Source: an uncultured Gammaproteobacteria bacterium
GTDB taxonomy: Bacteria > Patescibacteriota > Microgenomatia > Levybacterales > UBA12049
DNA: 64,000 bases
Assembly (NCBI GenBank): GCA_964521295.1
Contig: CAZFRF010000001.1
Location: 774,738 to 838,737 of the forward strand
Reading direction: 5' to 3'
Positions 1 to 9,733 of this stretch are shown one piece after another. Every line of letters begins with the position of its first letter. The first letter of the stretch is position 1. Both the position numbers and the translations under genes were made by a program. The notes under the pieces were generated by a model that saw only the letters and a program-made list of their open reading frames with translations, made no database searches and was not told the DNA's origin.

Positions 1-992
1 CGGAAAACACCACTTTAATTGTTGGTCCAAATACAATTGGTAAAACTAATATTATTGAATCTGTTTTCTTAATTTCAACAGGAAAAAGCTTTAAAACAGA
101 TAAAGATGTTCAAATGCTTTCTATAGGCAAAGAAGTTGGCAGAGTAAAAGCTAAAGTTGACGATCTCAAATTGGAAGTAGTTTTAACTAATGGTTATGTC
201 AGTGGAGTGAAGAGTCAATATAAAAAGTTCTTGATTAATGGAGTGGCTAAAAGACGCGCAGATTTTGCAGCTAATTTGATTGTTGTTTTATTTTCCCCAG
301 CAGATTTGGATGTGATCATTGGTTCTCCTTCGCTAAGGCGAAATTTACTAGATGATGTTTTAGAGCAAACTGATAGGGAATATAGAATTGCTAATATTGC
401 CTATGTTAAAGCTATAAGACAAAGAAATGCTCTCTTGGAGCTAGCTAGGGAAACGGGAAATAGATCAGAAAAGCAGTTTGAGTATTGGGATAAATTAGTT
501 ATTGATAATGGTCAAGTTTTAACTCAAAAAAGAGAAGAATTTATTAATTTTGTAAATAATAGTAAAAAGGATATTTTTGATTTTAAGCTTTCTTATGACA
601 AAAGCGAAATTTCGCAAGAGAGGCTAGAACAGTACTCATCTGCAGAGGTAGCATCGGCTGTTACATTGGTTGGTCCTCATAGGGATGATTTTATTATCTT
701 AATGCCCAAAGAGGACGGTTTTTACGATGTAAAATCATTTGGAAGTCGCGGGCAACAAAGACTTGCAATTTTACAGTTAAAATCTTTACAAATTAAATTT
801 ATTGAAGAAAAAATAGGAAAAAAGCCTTTACTTCTTCTTGACGATATTTTTTCCGAGCTAGATGAAGGACATATTAATTTAATTTTAGAACAAGTAGGTA
901 GGGAGCAAACAATAATTACTACGACCCATAAAGAGTTTGTGCCACAAAAATATCTTAAGGATATTAACGTGATAGAATTAGAAAAGCTATGA
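1..992 (+). CDS. recF: DNA replication/repair protein RecF (5'-partial, continues upstream of window)
   Basis: Frame 3 is open from nt 3; Walker A 'GPNTIGKTNIIESVFLISTGKS' at window start in frame with ORF 114..992; SMC/RecF-type C-terminal signature 'LLLLDDIFSELDEGH'. Confidence 0.85.
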   Translation, partial: ENTTLIVGPNTIGKTNIIESVFLISTGKSFKTDKDVQMLSIGKEVGRVKAKVDDLKLEVVLTNGYVSGVKSQYKKFLINGVAKRRADFAANLIVVLFSPADLDVIIGSPSLRRNLLDDVLEQTDREYRIANIAYVKAIRQRNALLELARETGNRSEKQFEYWDKLVIDNGQVLTQKREEFINFVNNSKKDIFDFKLSYDKSEISQERLEQYSSAEVASAVTLVGPHRDDFIILMPKEDGFYDVKSFGSRGQQRLAILQLKSLQIKFIEEKIGKKPLLLLDDIFSELDEGHINLILEQVGREQTIITTTHKEFVPQKYLKDINVIELEKL

Positions 993-1858
993 AAATAATC
1001 GTATTAGGTAATGGCCAGTGGGGGAAAACTTTAGCATCTTTGCTTTCTGAAAATAAAAGGAATTATGAATTTTGGAAGCCAGGAGTAGATTTGCCTGATA
1101 ATTCAATTTTAGTAAATTGTTTGCCAGCCAATGTAATTAGAGATGTTTTAGTAACTCATGGTAAAAATCTTAAAAATGTCATTTTTATTAATGGCTCTAA
1201 GGGTGTTGAGCAGAAAACTCATAAGTTGCCTTTTGAAATAGTTACTGAAATCTTGGGAAATATAGACTATTTTACCTTGATTGGTCCTGGCTTTGCTAAA
1301 GAAATAATGGCTAAAATGCCTACTTTAGTTAATATTGGTTTTGTTAAAAAAACTAATGTTGAATTAATAAGAGGCTTATTTGAAACAGATTATTTCAGGG
1401 TAAAAATGGTAGAAGGAGTAAAAGCGCTAGAGCTTTCTTCTGCATTTAAAAACGTTTATGCAATTGCTTGTGGAATAGCTAGTGGATTAGGTTTTGAGTC
1501 TAATACTCAAACTAAGGTAATTTTAATTGCAATTGATGAATTTTATGCGTTAGCAAAGGCTTTAAATATTGAGGTTACAGAAGATATGTTGCCAGGAACA
1601 GTTGGAGATTTAATGTTAACCTGCAGCAGCGTTAATAGTAGAAATTTTAGATTTGGAAAAGGACTTGTTTCAAAAAATCATATAGATGTTTTAAGAGAAA
1701 TAGGGGAAACTGTAGAAGGTTATTCAACAATTAGTTCAGTGGGGTACTTTGAGAAAATATCCGGAGTAAATCTAAAATTAGCTAATTTTGTGTCTAGAAG
1801 TATAGTTAAGGAAACAGATATTAAGAATGAATTTTTAAAACTTTTACGAAATGTTTAG
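989..1858 (+). CDS. gpsA: NAD(P)H-dependent glycerol-3-phosphate dehydrogenase
   Basis: N-terminal Rossmann 'MKIIVLGNGQWG'; conserved blocks 'IGPGFAKEI', 'KNVYAIACGIASGLGF', 'GDLMLTCSSVNSRNFRFG', 'GETVEGY' match GpsA signature regions; 4-nt overlap with recF stop (operon). Confidence 0.85.
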   Translation: MKIIVLGNGQWGKTLASLLSENKRNYEFWKPGVDLPDNSILVNCLPANVIRDVLVTHGKNLKNVIFINGSKGVEQKTHKLPFEIVTEILGNIDYFTLIGPGFAKEIMAKMPTLVNIGFVKKTNVELIRGLFETDYFRVKMVEGVKALELSSAFKNVYAIACGIASGLGFESNTQTKVILIAIDEFYALAKALNIEVTEDMLPGTVGDLMLTCSSVNSRNFRFGKGLVSKNHIDVLREIGETVEGYSTISSVGYFEKISGVNLKLANFVSRSIVKETDIKNEFLKLLRNV

Positions 1859-2166
1859 GAGTTAAATTTTTCAGAAAGTCTAGATAGTTGATAAGTAACC
1901 AAGACTGCAAGAATTGTAACAATTACTGCATAAATAAGTAGGGAAATGATTCCGCTTCCTTGAGGTAAAAATGATTTAACATAGGAATTAACAAATTCTT
2001 GAATTAAGCTATTCCAGGCTAGGGCAGCAACTAGGCCAAAGCCACTGGTGGCTAGTGTTAACATTTGTTTCAGTAATTCTTTTTGAATTGACTTCTTTTC
2101 TATTGATTTCGTTCGGGAATTCTTCGGCATATTTGTTATAATACAACTAGTTAATCTTAATTTCAA
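1855..2166 (-). CDS. small hypothetical membrane protein (2 TM); true start may be internal Met (MPKNSRT...)
   Basis: ORF convergent with gpsA; two hydrophobic helices; no recognisable family. Confidence 0.4.
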   Translation of the reverse strand: MKLRLTSCIITNMPKNSRTKSIEKKSIQKELLKQMLTLATSGFGLVAALAWNSLIQEFVNSYVKSFLPQGSGIISLLIYAVIVTILAVLVTYQLSRLSEKFNS

Positions 2167-2170
2167 GGTT

Positions 2171-3214
2171 ATGTATATTCCTAAATTTTCAATTACAAGT
2201 AAGATACTTAAAAATATAGGTAGTATAGAGGCTTCAAAGGAAATTATTGATCACGCTCCACTTCTTCCGTATTTTGAAAAAGAATTCAGGCAATCAGCAA
2301 TGGTTAGGAGTGTGCATTATGGAACACATATTGAAGGTAATGAGTTGAATTTAACTCAAGCAGAAAAGGTGTTGATGGGGCAGGAGGTAGCGGGAAGAGA
2401 TAGGGATATTCAAGAAGTCATTAACTACAGAAAGGTTTTAGAATATTTATCTGCAGTAACAGGAGATGCAAAGATTACAGAAGAGACAATAAAAAAGATT
2501 CATGAGATTACAGTTGAAAAAATTTTAGCTGCAGAGCAAGCTGGGTTTTATAGACAAACCCAGGTGGTAATTAAAAATAGTCATACAGGTGAAGTTGCTT
2601 TTAGGCCACCACTTGCTATTGCCGTTCCATTCCAGATTAAGGAACTTTTGGCATTTATAGACAGCTCGCAAGAGCAAGATATTCATCCAATTTTGGAGAG
2701 CGGAATTGTTCATTATGAATTCGTCAGAATTCACCCTTTTGTTGATGGAAACGGAAGAGTCGCTAGGGCAATCGCAACATTAATCTTATATCTAAGAGGC
2801 TATGACATTAAAAAGTTTTTTGCCCTAGAAGAATATTTTGATAGAGACGCAATGGCATATTACGATGCATTACAAAGTGTTGAGAAAAAAGAAGGAGATT
2901 TAACAAATTGGCTAGAATATTTTACTTTGGGACTTGCTATTGAGCTGCAAAAAATTAGAGAAAAAGTTGAAAGTATATCAGTCGATGCAAGACTTAAAGA
3001 AAAGTTAGGCGGAGCACCAATTTTACTGACCCCTAGGCAAATAAAAATTATTGAATATATCCAAAAAGTAGGGTATCTTCAAAATCAAGCATTTGAAGGC
3101 CTATTTCCAATGATTTCTGAGGATACGATTCTTAATGAACTTAAGGGATTATTGACAGCAGGTTTAATAAAAAAACATGGGGTAACTAAGGGTGCAAAAT
3201 ATATAATGGCTTAA
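2171..3214 (+). CDS. Fic/DOC family protein (AMPylator-type) with C-terminal winged-helix region
   Basis: Canonical Fic motif 'HPFVDGNGRVARAIATLIL' (HPFx[D/E]GNGR). Confidence 0.85.
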   Translation: MYIPKFSITSKILKNIGSIEASKEIIDHAPLLPYFEKEFRQSAMVRSVHYGTHIEGNELNLTQAEKVLMGQEVAGRDRDIQEVINYRKVLEYLSAVTGDAKITEETIKKIHEITVEKILAAEQAGFYRQTQVVIKNSHTGEVAFRPPLAIAVPFQIKELLAFIDSSQEQDIHPILESGIVHYEFVRIHPFVDGNGRVARAIATLILYLRGYDIKKFFALEEYFDRDAMAYYDALQSVEKKEGDLTNWLEYFTLGLAIELQKIREKVESISVDARLKEKLGGAPILLTPRQIKIIEYIQKVGYLQNQAFEGLFPMISEDTILNELKGLLTAGLIKKHGVTKGAKYIMA

Positions 3215-3215
3215 T

Positions 3216-4937
3216 ATGAAATTTAATACATTAATTGAATATTTCGAAAAATTAGAACAAACCTCATCAAGGCTTTCTTTAATAGAAATTCTGGCTAGTC
3301 TTTTTGCTGAAACAAAGACTGAGGAAATAGAAAAAATTGTTTATTTAATCCAAGGAAGACTTGCTCCATTTTTTGTGCCTTTAGAGATTGGTATGGCAGA
3401 GAAAAATGTAGCAAAATCCGTAGCTGCGGCTTTTAATGTGAGCGCAGAAGAGGTTACTAAAGAATTTAATAAATTAGGAGATATGGGCTTAGCAACAGAG
3501 CATTTTGTTAAGAATACAAAAGTATCAGATATTTCTGTAGATGAAGTATTTAGAATTTTAACTGAAATCGCTAATACTAAAGGTGAGGGAACAGTTGAGA
3601 AAAGACAAACTCTTTTAGCCGATATTTTAAAAAAAGTTGATGCAAAATCGGCAAAACATTTAGTTAGAATTCCTTTAGGAAATGTAAGACTGGGAATTGG
3701 TGATCCGACTGTTTTGGATGCGCTCGCTACTGCAAAATTAGGAGATAAATCACAAAGAAAAGTTCTTGAAGGAGCATATAATAAAACTTCAGATCTAGGA
3801 CTTATTGCTAAAACATTATGGGCAAAAGGTCTTGCTGGAGTAGAAAAATTAGAAGTAAGAGTTGGAAGCCCAATCAGATCTGAACTTTGCGAGCGCTTGC
3901 CAAGTCCAGTAAAAGTAATTGAAAAAATGGGAGAGGTTGATGCGCAGTACAAGTATGATGGTTTTAGAGTTCAGATTCATAAAGATGGTAAAAACGTCAG
4001 GATCTTTTCTAGAAACTTAGAGGAAATGACTCATATGTTTCCAGAGTTAATTCAAGCTGCAATTGAAGAAATTGATGCTAAAACAGTAATTCTAGATGGG
4101 GAAGCTTTAGCATATAATCCAGAATCAGAGGAATTTTTACCTTTTCAAGAAACAACCAAAAGAAGAAGAAAGCATGGAATTGAAGAAATGGCAGCCAAGC
4201 TTCCATTAAAAGCTTTTATTTTTGACATTTTATTTAAGAATGATCAGTCACTTTTAGATAAGCCACTTTCTGAAAGAATGGATATTTTAGCTAAAACCAT
4301 TCAGTCAGATGGGGTACTTATTAAAAGTAAAAACCAAGTAATTAAAGAAGCAAAGCCTCTAGCGGTTATGCTTGAGGATGCAATCTCTAAGGGATTAGAA
4401 GGGGTTGTTATTAAAAAGCTAGAGAGTCCTTACGAAGCCGGTGCAAGGAATTTTAACTGGGTAAAGCTGAAAAGACACAGTAGTGGAGAATTAAATGACA
4501 CGATCGATTGTGTCATCCTAGGATATATTACAGGGAAAGGCAAAAGAGCAGCTTTCGGAGCAGGAGCTCTTTTAGTGGGAATATATGATAAAAAGTTAGA
4601 TGAATTTGTAACAGTTTCCAAAATTGGCACAGGGCTTACAGATGATGAATGGAGAGAGGTTCATAAGAGAGCTGATAAAATAAAAGTTGATCATAAGCCT
4701 GCAAGAGTAAGTTCAACAATTGTTCCTTCAGTTTGGATTAAGCCCGAAATAGTAATAGAAGTTTTAGCTGATGAAATTACCAGAAGCCCAATTCATACTG
4801 CTGGAAAAACAAATGAAGATCCAGGTTATGCATTGAGATTTCCAAGGCTCGTTTCATTTAGGGGTAATGATAAAAAAGCAGAGGATGCAACCACAACAGA
4901 AGAGTTAATTGAAATGTATCAAAATCAAGGTAAATAA
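3216..4937 (+). CDS. ATP-dependent DNA ligase (archaeal/eukaryotic Lig-type)
   Basis: Adenylation motif I 'KYDGFRVQIH' (KxDG), motif III 'LDGEALAY', motif IV 'EGVVIKK', OB-fold C-terminus; 573 aa. Confidence 0.85.
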   Translation: MKFNTLIEYFEKLEQTSSRLSLIEILASLFAETKTEEIEKIVYLIQGRLAPFFVPLEIGMAEKNVAKSVAAAFNVSAEEVTKEFNKLGDMGLATEHFVKNTKVSDISVDEVFRILTEIANTKGEGTVEKRQTLLADILKKVDAKSAKHLVRIPLGNVRLGIGDPTVLDALATAKLGDKSQRKVLEGAYNKTSDLGLIAKTLWAKGLAGVEKLEVRVGSPIRSELCERLPSPVKVIEKMGEVDAQYKYDGFRVQIHKDGKNVRIFSRNLEEMTHMFPELIQAAIEEIDAKTVILDGEALAYNPESEEFLPFQETTKRRRKHGIEEMAAKLPLKAFIFDILFKNDQSLLDKPLSERMDILAKTIQSDGVLIKSKNQVIKEAKPLAVMLEDAISKGLEGVVIKKLESPYEAGARNFNWVKLKRHSSGELNDTIDCVILGYITGKGKRAAFGAGALLVGIYDKKLDEFVTVSKIGTGLTDDEWREVHKRADKIKVDHKPARVSSTIVPSVWIKPEIVIEVLADEITRSPIHTAGKTNEDPGYALRFPRLVSFRGNDKKAEDATTTEELIEMYQNQGK

Positions 4938-4938
4938 T

Positions 4939-6276
4939 ATGGATTATCTATCAGACTTACATCTTCATTCTAAATACTCCAGAGCTGTATCTCCGAGTAT
5001 GAATTTAGACATAATGGCTAAATTTGCTAGGGAAAAAGGATTAAATCTACTTTCAATTTCAGATTTTACTCACCCTGTTTGGCTAAAAGAAGTCAAGGCC
5101 AAGCTTAAGGAAACGCATGAAGGAATTTATGAGCTAGCGGATGAAATAAGTTTTCCAAAACCAGTATATTTTTTATTTTCTACAGAAATTGCCAGCATTT
5201 ATAAGCAAGGAGGAAAATTAAGAAGAATTCATAATTTAATCTTTGCTCCTAATTTAGAAACTGTTGAAAAAATTAATGCAGAGCTTATTAAAAGAGGAGC
5301 GAATTTAAATGCAGATGGAAGACCAATTATTGGTTTATCTTCAAAAGCATTATTGGAATTAATTTTAGAGATAGATAAGAATTGCATGCTTATCCCATGC
5401 CATGTTTGGACTCCGCATTTTGGAGTATATGGTTCAAAGTCTGGGTTTGATTCTTTAGCTGAGTGCTTTGAAGATTTAGAAAAATATGTTTACGGAATTG
5501 AAACTGGAATTTCTTCAGATCCAGAAATGAACTGGAGGATTAAGGAGCTCGAAAAAAGATCAATTTTGTCATTTTCTGATGCTCATAGTCCAGCCAATAT
5601 GGCAAGAGAAGCAACAACTTTTTCTTTATCTGAGATAACATATTCAAATATTAAAAAGGCAATCGAAAGAAGAGGTGGAGCAGAAAACAGAATCAGTTAT
5701 ACAGTTGAATTTTATCCGGAAGAAGGGAAATATCATTTTTCAGGACATCGAAACTGCGGCGTTAGCTTGTCTCCTTCAGAAATAGTTAATAATGGCAATA
5801 TTTGTCCAGTTTGCAGCAGGGAATTAACCGAGGGTGTTGCAATCAGAATAGATCAGTTAGCTGGTCCAAATTATTATAAAGATTACGAAGAAAAAGAAAG
5901 CCCTCTGGGGATTAAATGGTATACAGATTTAGCTAAACATCATCCGCCATATGTGAAATTAGTAAGGTTGATTCAAATTGTCGCCGAGAGTATGGGTTCA
6001 ACTGTAACTAGTCAGAAAAGTATAAATGTGTATACAAATCTAATGCAAGAATTTGGCGTTGAATTAGATATTTTACTTAAAACGAGCTTAGCTGATATTT
6101 CAAGAGTTGCAGGTTCGAGAATTGCTGAGGGAGTTGGAAAAGTTAGGAGAGGGGAGATTGAAATAAGGCCAGGATTTGATGGTGAATACGGTAAGGTTAA
6201 AATCTTTTCTGACGATAAAACTGGTAAATTAAACAAGGAAAATAATATAAGCTCACAGATTGGCATTGACTTTTAA
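4939..6276 (+). CDS. PHP-domain protein with Zn-finger, endonuclease Q (TIGR00375)-like
   Basis: PHP motif 'DLHLHSKYSRA' at N-terminus, internal 'CPVCS' zinc-finger-like Cys pair; start moved to ATG 4939 (in frame) to avoid overlap with ligase. Confidence 0.5.
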   Translation: MDYLSDLHLHSKYSRAVSPSMNLDIMAKFAREKGLNLLSISDFTHPVWLKEVKAKLKETHEGIYELADEISFPKPVYFLFSTEIASIYKQGGKLRRIHNLIFAPNLETVEKINAELIKRGANLNADGRPIIGLSSKALLELILEIDKNCMLIPCHVWTPHFGVYGSKSGFDSLAECFEDLEKYVYGIETGISSDPEMNWRIKELEKRSILSFSDAHSPANMAREATTFSLSEITYSNIKKAIERRGGAENRISYTVEFYPEEGKYHFSGHRNCGVSLSPSEIVNNGNICPVCSRELTEGVAIRIDQLAGPNYYKDYEEKESPLGIKWYTDLAKHHPPYVKLVRLIQIVAESMGSTVTSQKSINVYTNLMQEFGVELDILLKTSLADISRVAGSRIAEGVGKVRRGEIEIRPGFDGEYGKVKIFSDDKTGKLNKENNISSQIGIDF

Positions 6277-6317
6277 TCTTGAGGGATATACTCTAAATTT
6301 GAAAGGAGGTGAATTAA

Positions 6318-6773
6318 ATGGAAGTATTGGATACATACGCGAAACAAATTGCTAAACCACTTGAAGATATTTATGCAAAAGTTCCATCTCTCCCTGGAAA
6401 TATAAGAGAGATTTTAGTAAAAATAGCTCCTTGGTTATCATTAATTTTTGGTGTTCTTATGGTTTTAACTGGAGTAGGTGGACTTGGAGTGTTAACAGCG
6501 CTTTCTCCATTCGTTGCAGCATATGCTGGAGGAATGAGCGTTTTCTTCTTAGTATCTTCAATAGTAGTAATATTACAAGGCGTACTTATGTTATTAGCCT
6601 TTTCTCCTCTTAAGAAAAGAGTAGTAAGAGGTTGGAATTTGCTACTTTGGAGCGAGGTGTTAGCAGTTTTAAGTTCAGTCGTTACCTTAAGTGTTGGTAG
6701 CGTAATCGGAGCATTAATAGGTGCAGCAATTTCATTCTATTTCTTGTTCCAAATGAGGTCTTACTATAAATAA
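6318..6773 (+). CDS. small hypothetical membrane protein (3-4 TM)
   Basis: Perfect SD 'AAAGGAGGTGA' 8 nt upstream of ATG; highly hydrophobic. Confidence 0.5.
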   Translation: MEVLDTYAKQIAKPLEDIYAKVPSLPGNIREILVKIAPWLSLIFGVLMVLTGVGGLGVLTALSPFVAAYAGGMSVFFLVSSIVVILQGVLMLLAFSPLKKRVVRGWNLLLWSEVLAVLSSVVTLSVGSVIGALIGAAISFYFLFQMRSYYK

Positions 6774-6799
6774 AGGTATTTATAGAGAAACGTTTCTAT

Positions 6800-6843
6800 C
6801 AAAGATTACCTGTGTAAAAAATAGGTAATCTTTGATTTTTGTT
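6800..6843 (+). terminator. rho-independent terminator (12-bp perfect stem 'caaagattacct/aggtaatctttg' + T-run)
   Basis: Inverted repeat 6800-6811 / 6823-6834 followed by 'atttttgtt'. Confidence 0.55.
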
Positions 6844-6865
6844 AAAACATGTTAAAATACTAAAT

Positions 6866-7477
6866 ATGAAACTAATTGTTGGTCTAGGAAATCCTGGAGA
6901 AAAGCATGAATTTACAAGACATAACTTAGGTTTTGTTATCTTAGATCATCTTCTAAAAGAAATTGATTCCTCTGCTGTTTTTGAAAAAATCGATAAATTT
7001 AAAAGCCAAATAATTCAAGTCGAATATAAAGCAAAGAGTGGAGAGGTAGAAAAAATCATTTTAGTTAAGCCACAAACTTACATGAACAATAGTGGATTAG
7101 CTGTAAATTTAGTTTCAAGCTTTTATAAAATTCAGCCTGAGGATATTTGGATAGTCCATGATGAATTAGATTTACCGCTTGGTTCTATGAAGATTAGGCT
7201 TGGGGGATCAGCTGCGGGGCATCATGGGATAGAGTCGATAATGGAAGCGTTAAAAGATGAAAAGTTTTGGCGATTTAGAATGGGAATTGGGGTAGCTCAT
7301 AATAAAGATGAATTGGTTAAGCATGATTTTAAAAATGCACAAGATTTTGTTTTAGGAAAGTTTAATCAGCATGAGCAGGGATCATTAAAACATTCAATTA
7401 AAAGAGGCGTTGAAGCCCTTTTAATGGCTCTAGAAAAGGATATTAACTCTTCTATGAATCGTTTTAATACTAAATAA
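6866..7477 (+). CDS. pth: peptidyl-tRNA hydrolase
   Basis: 'MKLIVGLGNPGEKHEFTRHNLGF' canonical Pth N-terminus; start set to internal ATG 6866 (track ORF begins 6839). Confidence 0.9.
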   Translation: MKLIVGLGNPGEKHEFTRHNLGFVILDHLLKEIDSSAVFEKIDKFKSQIIQVEYKAKSGEVEKIILVKPQTYMNNSGLAVNLVSSFYKIQPEDIWIVHDELDLPLGSMKIRLGGSAAGHHGIESIMEALKDEKFWRFRMGIGVAHNKDELVKHDFKNAQDFVLGKFNQHEQGSLKHSIKRGVEALLMALEKDINSSMNRFNTK

Positions 7478-7755
7478 TGCAGAAAGTTTCACAGATACTT
7501 AAAAAATTTGATCCAACAAAAGATAAATATATTTCTAGGGATTTTCAAGCTTTTGGTATTTACTTAGCGGAAGAAATGAATGATTATGCGCATAGAAGTA
7601 TGTGGATTAGGCTTGCAAAAACAAATCATAGGGCAGTTTTAGAGCAAGCATTGTCATTTGTAAAAGATAGTACAGCTGATAATAAGATTGGTTTATTTTT
7701 ATGGAAATTAAAAAAAATTAAAAATGAAAAAGCTGCAGTTAGCAAATCTAAATAA
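7477..7755 (+). CDS. hypothetical protein (92 aa)
   Basis: ORF start overlaps pth stop (ATGA); no recognisable motif. Confidence 0.4.
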   Translation: MQKVSQILKKFDPTKDKYISRDFQAFGIYLAEEMNDYAHRSMWIRLAKTNHRAVLEQALSFVKDSTADNKIGLFLWKLKKIKNEKAAVSKSK

Positions 7756-8284
7756 GATTTTTTCCAATAAGATCTTTATCGTAATTCTGTTTTTACTTTC
7801 ATTAGTTTTATCTTTTGCTGGATTTTATTTTCAGGATTTCTTTGCTCACTCAAGAGGGTGGGGACTTTTAGGAATTTTTATCCTTAATTTTTTTGCAAGT
7901 GCTACATTTTTTGTTTCAGGGCCGGCTTTTTTAACTATAATTGCAGGAGGCAATTTATATAATCCACTTCTCGTAGCTGTGGTGGCTGCAGTGGCAGCCT
8001 CTTTGGGGGATTTGGTTTCGTTTGCATTGGGCTATTCAGGTAGAAATTTGACATATAAGCATCCGGAGAATCATAAGTGGCTTTTTTTAATAGAAGCACA
8101 TTTTAAAAAATATGGCTTACTTATAGTTTTTCTGTTTGCTTTAATTCCTAATCCTTTTTTCGATGCAATTGGTATAGTGGCTGGTATTTTTGGTTTAAAA
8201 CCGGGAAAATTCTTTGTAATTATGCTCTGTGGTCGTTTTTTGAGATTTATGGTATTAGCTTTTAGTGGCGCTAAATTTATATGA
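7724..8284 (+). CDS. DedA/YqaA (VTT-domain)-like membrane protein
   Basis: Gly-rich re-entrant motif 'VSGPAFLTIIAGGNLYNPLLVAVVAAVAASLGDLVSFALGY' typical of COG1238/DedA proteins. Confidence 0.45.
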   Translation: MKKLQLANLNKIFSNKIFIVILFLLSLVLSFAGFYFQDFFAHSRGWGLLGIFILNFFASATFFVSGPAFLTIIAGGNLYNPLLVAVVAAVAASLGDLVSFALGYSGRNLTYKHPENHKWLFLIEAHFKKYGLLIVFLFALIPNPFFDAIGIVAGIFGLKPGKFFVIMLCGRFLRFMVLAFSGAKFI

Positions 8285-8550
8285 CAGTTAGGATTTTTGT
8301 TTTAGGTTTTGTTCAAGGGGTAGGATTTAGGCGCTTTATTAGAAAAAACGCCCAGAAGTTAGGTATTAAGGGTTGGGTTAGAAATACATCAGATGGAAGA
8401 GTGGAAATAGTTGCTCAAGGAGCTAAAGAGCAAATTGAGGAACTTAAAAAGATTGCAGAGAAGGGAACTATCTTTTCTGATGTAAAAGGAATTGTTGTAG
8501 ATAATTTAGAAGAGTCTGAGGTTTTTGAAGGTTTTGAATTACGATTTTGA
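8281..8550 (+). CDS. acyP: acylphosphatase
   Basis: 'VLGFVQGVGFRRF' and 'GWVRNTSDGRVEIVAQG' acylphosphatase signatures 1 and 2; 89 aa. Confidence 0.8.
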   Translation: MTVRIFVLGFVQGVGFRRFIRKNAQKLGIKGWVRNTSDGRVEIVAQGAKEQIEELKKIAEKGTIFSDVKGIVVDNLEESEVFEGFELRF

Positions 8551-9654
8551 TTTATTAGAGAAAAGATAAGCTGCAATAAAAGTTACAATTGGTACAGCTA
8601 AGAGTAACCCCATGCTTCCTGCAATAGTTTTAATTATCTCATCTGCCAGGATTTCATTGTTAAAGATTACCCAGTAAGGTATTTTACTAGGGTTAAGCGC
8701 AAGGAAAATAAAGATAGCGAACGCACTTCCTGCATAGGCTAAGATAAGGGTATTAACCAAAGAGGCAATGTGTTCTTTTCCAACTTTAAAACCTTTGTCA
8801 AAAAGCGTAACTAAGTCATACTTAGGATTTGCCTCTTTTAGTTCCTGAATGGTTGCTGCTTGAGTCGTAGTTATATCATTCAATGCTCCTAGCGTGCCAA
8901 TGATAATTCCGCTCAAAAATAAACCTTTAATATTGATAAAGCTAGTTTGGCCAAATTGGAGCATAAATGAGTCTTCGTCTCCTAAGCCGGTTATAGAATT
9001 TAAGTTCATTGCAAGAATTGCAAAACCTGCTGTTAAAAATAATGCAATAAGTGTTGAAAAAAGCGCAACTGTTGTTTTCTTAGATACTCCATGCGCTAAA
9101 TAAATCGAAGTTGTAAGAATAAAGATAGAGCCAATTAGAGTATATTGTAGGGGATCATTGCCTTTGAGGATGTTTGGGATTATAAAGACTATAATTGTAC
9201 CAAGACTTACAAGCATGCCTAGGATTGAGCCAAGACCTTTAAGACCAGCTATCAAAACTACGGTTAGGAAAAATATGCCTATGAAGAAAAAGAGCATATT
9301 TAATCTGTAAAAGTCATAAACAGAATATTGAGTTTGTCCATTGGGGTAGGTGGTTTTTGCAACAACTATTGTTTGCCCTTTTTTAATTAATTGATCTTTA
9401 TTTATTTGAGTTTGACTTCCATTTTGAATAACAGTAAATTTTCCAGATTTCGAGCCATCGTTTATTTTTACTCTTAGAGTTTGAAAATAAGCAGTAAAGT
9501 TTTCTGTCTTTTTCTGTCCCTCATCAATGATTTCAACAACATTTGCAATGTAAAAAATTTGTTTTGGCGCTTGAAATTGTTTCTCTTGCGCAAAAGAGGG
9601 TTTGACAGTGATTAAGAGAAGGAGAAGGGCAAGTAGTAGGACTTTTATTTTCAT
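8539..9654 (-). CDS. YibE/F-like polytopic membrane protein with N-terminal signal and periplasmic domain
   Basis: Signal peptide 'MKIKVLLLALLLLLITVKPSFA', ~100-aa soluble domain then 6-7 TM helices; family call from memory. Confidence 0.4.
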   Translation of the reverse strand: MKIKVLLLALLLLLITVKPSFAQEKQFQAPKQIFYIANVVEIIDEGQKKTENFTAYFQTLRVKINDGSKSGKFTVIQNGSQTQINKDQLIKKGQTIVVAKTTYPNGQTQYSVYDFYRLNMLFFFIGIFFLTVVLIAGLKGLGSILGMLVSLGTIIVFIIPNILKGNDPLQYTLIGSIFILTTSIYLAHGVSKKTTVALFSTLIALFLTAGFAILAMNLNSITGLGDEDSFMLQFGQTSFINIKGLFLSGIIIGTLGALNDITTTQAATIQELKEANPKYDLVTLFDKGFKVGKEHIASLVNTLILAYAGSAFAIFIFLALNPSKIPYWVIFNNEILADEIIKTIAGSMGLLLAVPIVTFIAAYLFSNKSKS

Positions 9655-9684
9655 AACCAGATTATATCAGACTAAAACTATCTC

Positions 9685-9733
9685 TTGACAAATGCAAATA
9701 ACTTGCATATAATATGCAAATAATTCGCATTTG
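9685..9733 (+). promoter_or_regulatory. consensus sigma70 promoter (TTGACA-17-TATAAT) embedded in a 45-bp imperfect palindrome (candidate repressor operator)
   Basis: -35 TTGACA 9685-9690, 17-nt spacer, -10 TATAAT 9708-9713; arms 'caaatgcaaataacttgcatat' / 'atatgcaaataattcgcatttg' (19/22 complementary) centred on the -10 and overlapping ATG 9731. Confidence 0.55.

Noticed and set aside
3341-3952. 203-aa antisense ORF inside the DNA ligase gene (and similar antisense ORFs 2525..2734, 4430..4630, 17465..17901, 42070..42369, 50045..50944, 54462..55154, 57889..58206, 62174..62476)
   Set aside because: These are fully nested antisense ORFs within well-supported long CDSs. They have low-complexity translations and no RBS, which is typical of AT-rich-frame artefacts.
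4909-4938. Track start of the PHP-protein ORF (MKCIKIKVNNM...) overlapping the ligase by 29 nt
   Set aside because: Internal ATG 4939 gives an N-terminus starting directly at the PHP motif and removes the overlap. The upstream 10 codons are probably not translated.
6431-6613. 60-aa ORF in an alternate frame of the small membrane-protein gene
   Set aside because: It is nested in the 6318..6773 CDS, which has the perfect SD.
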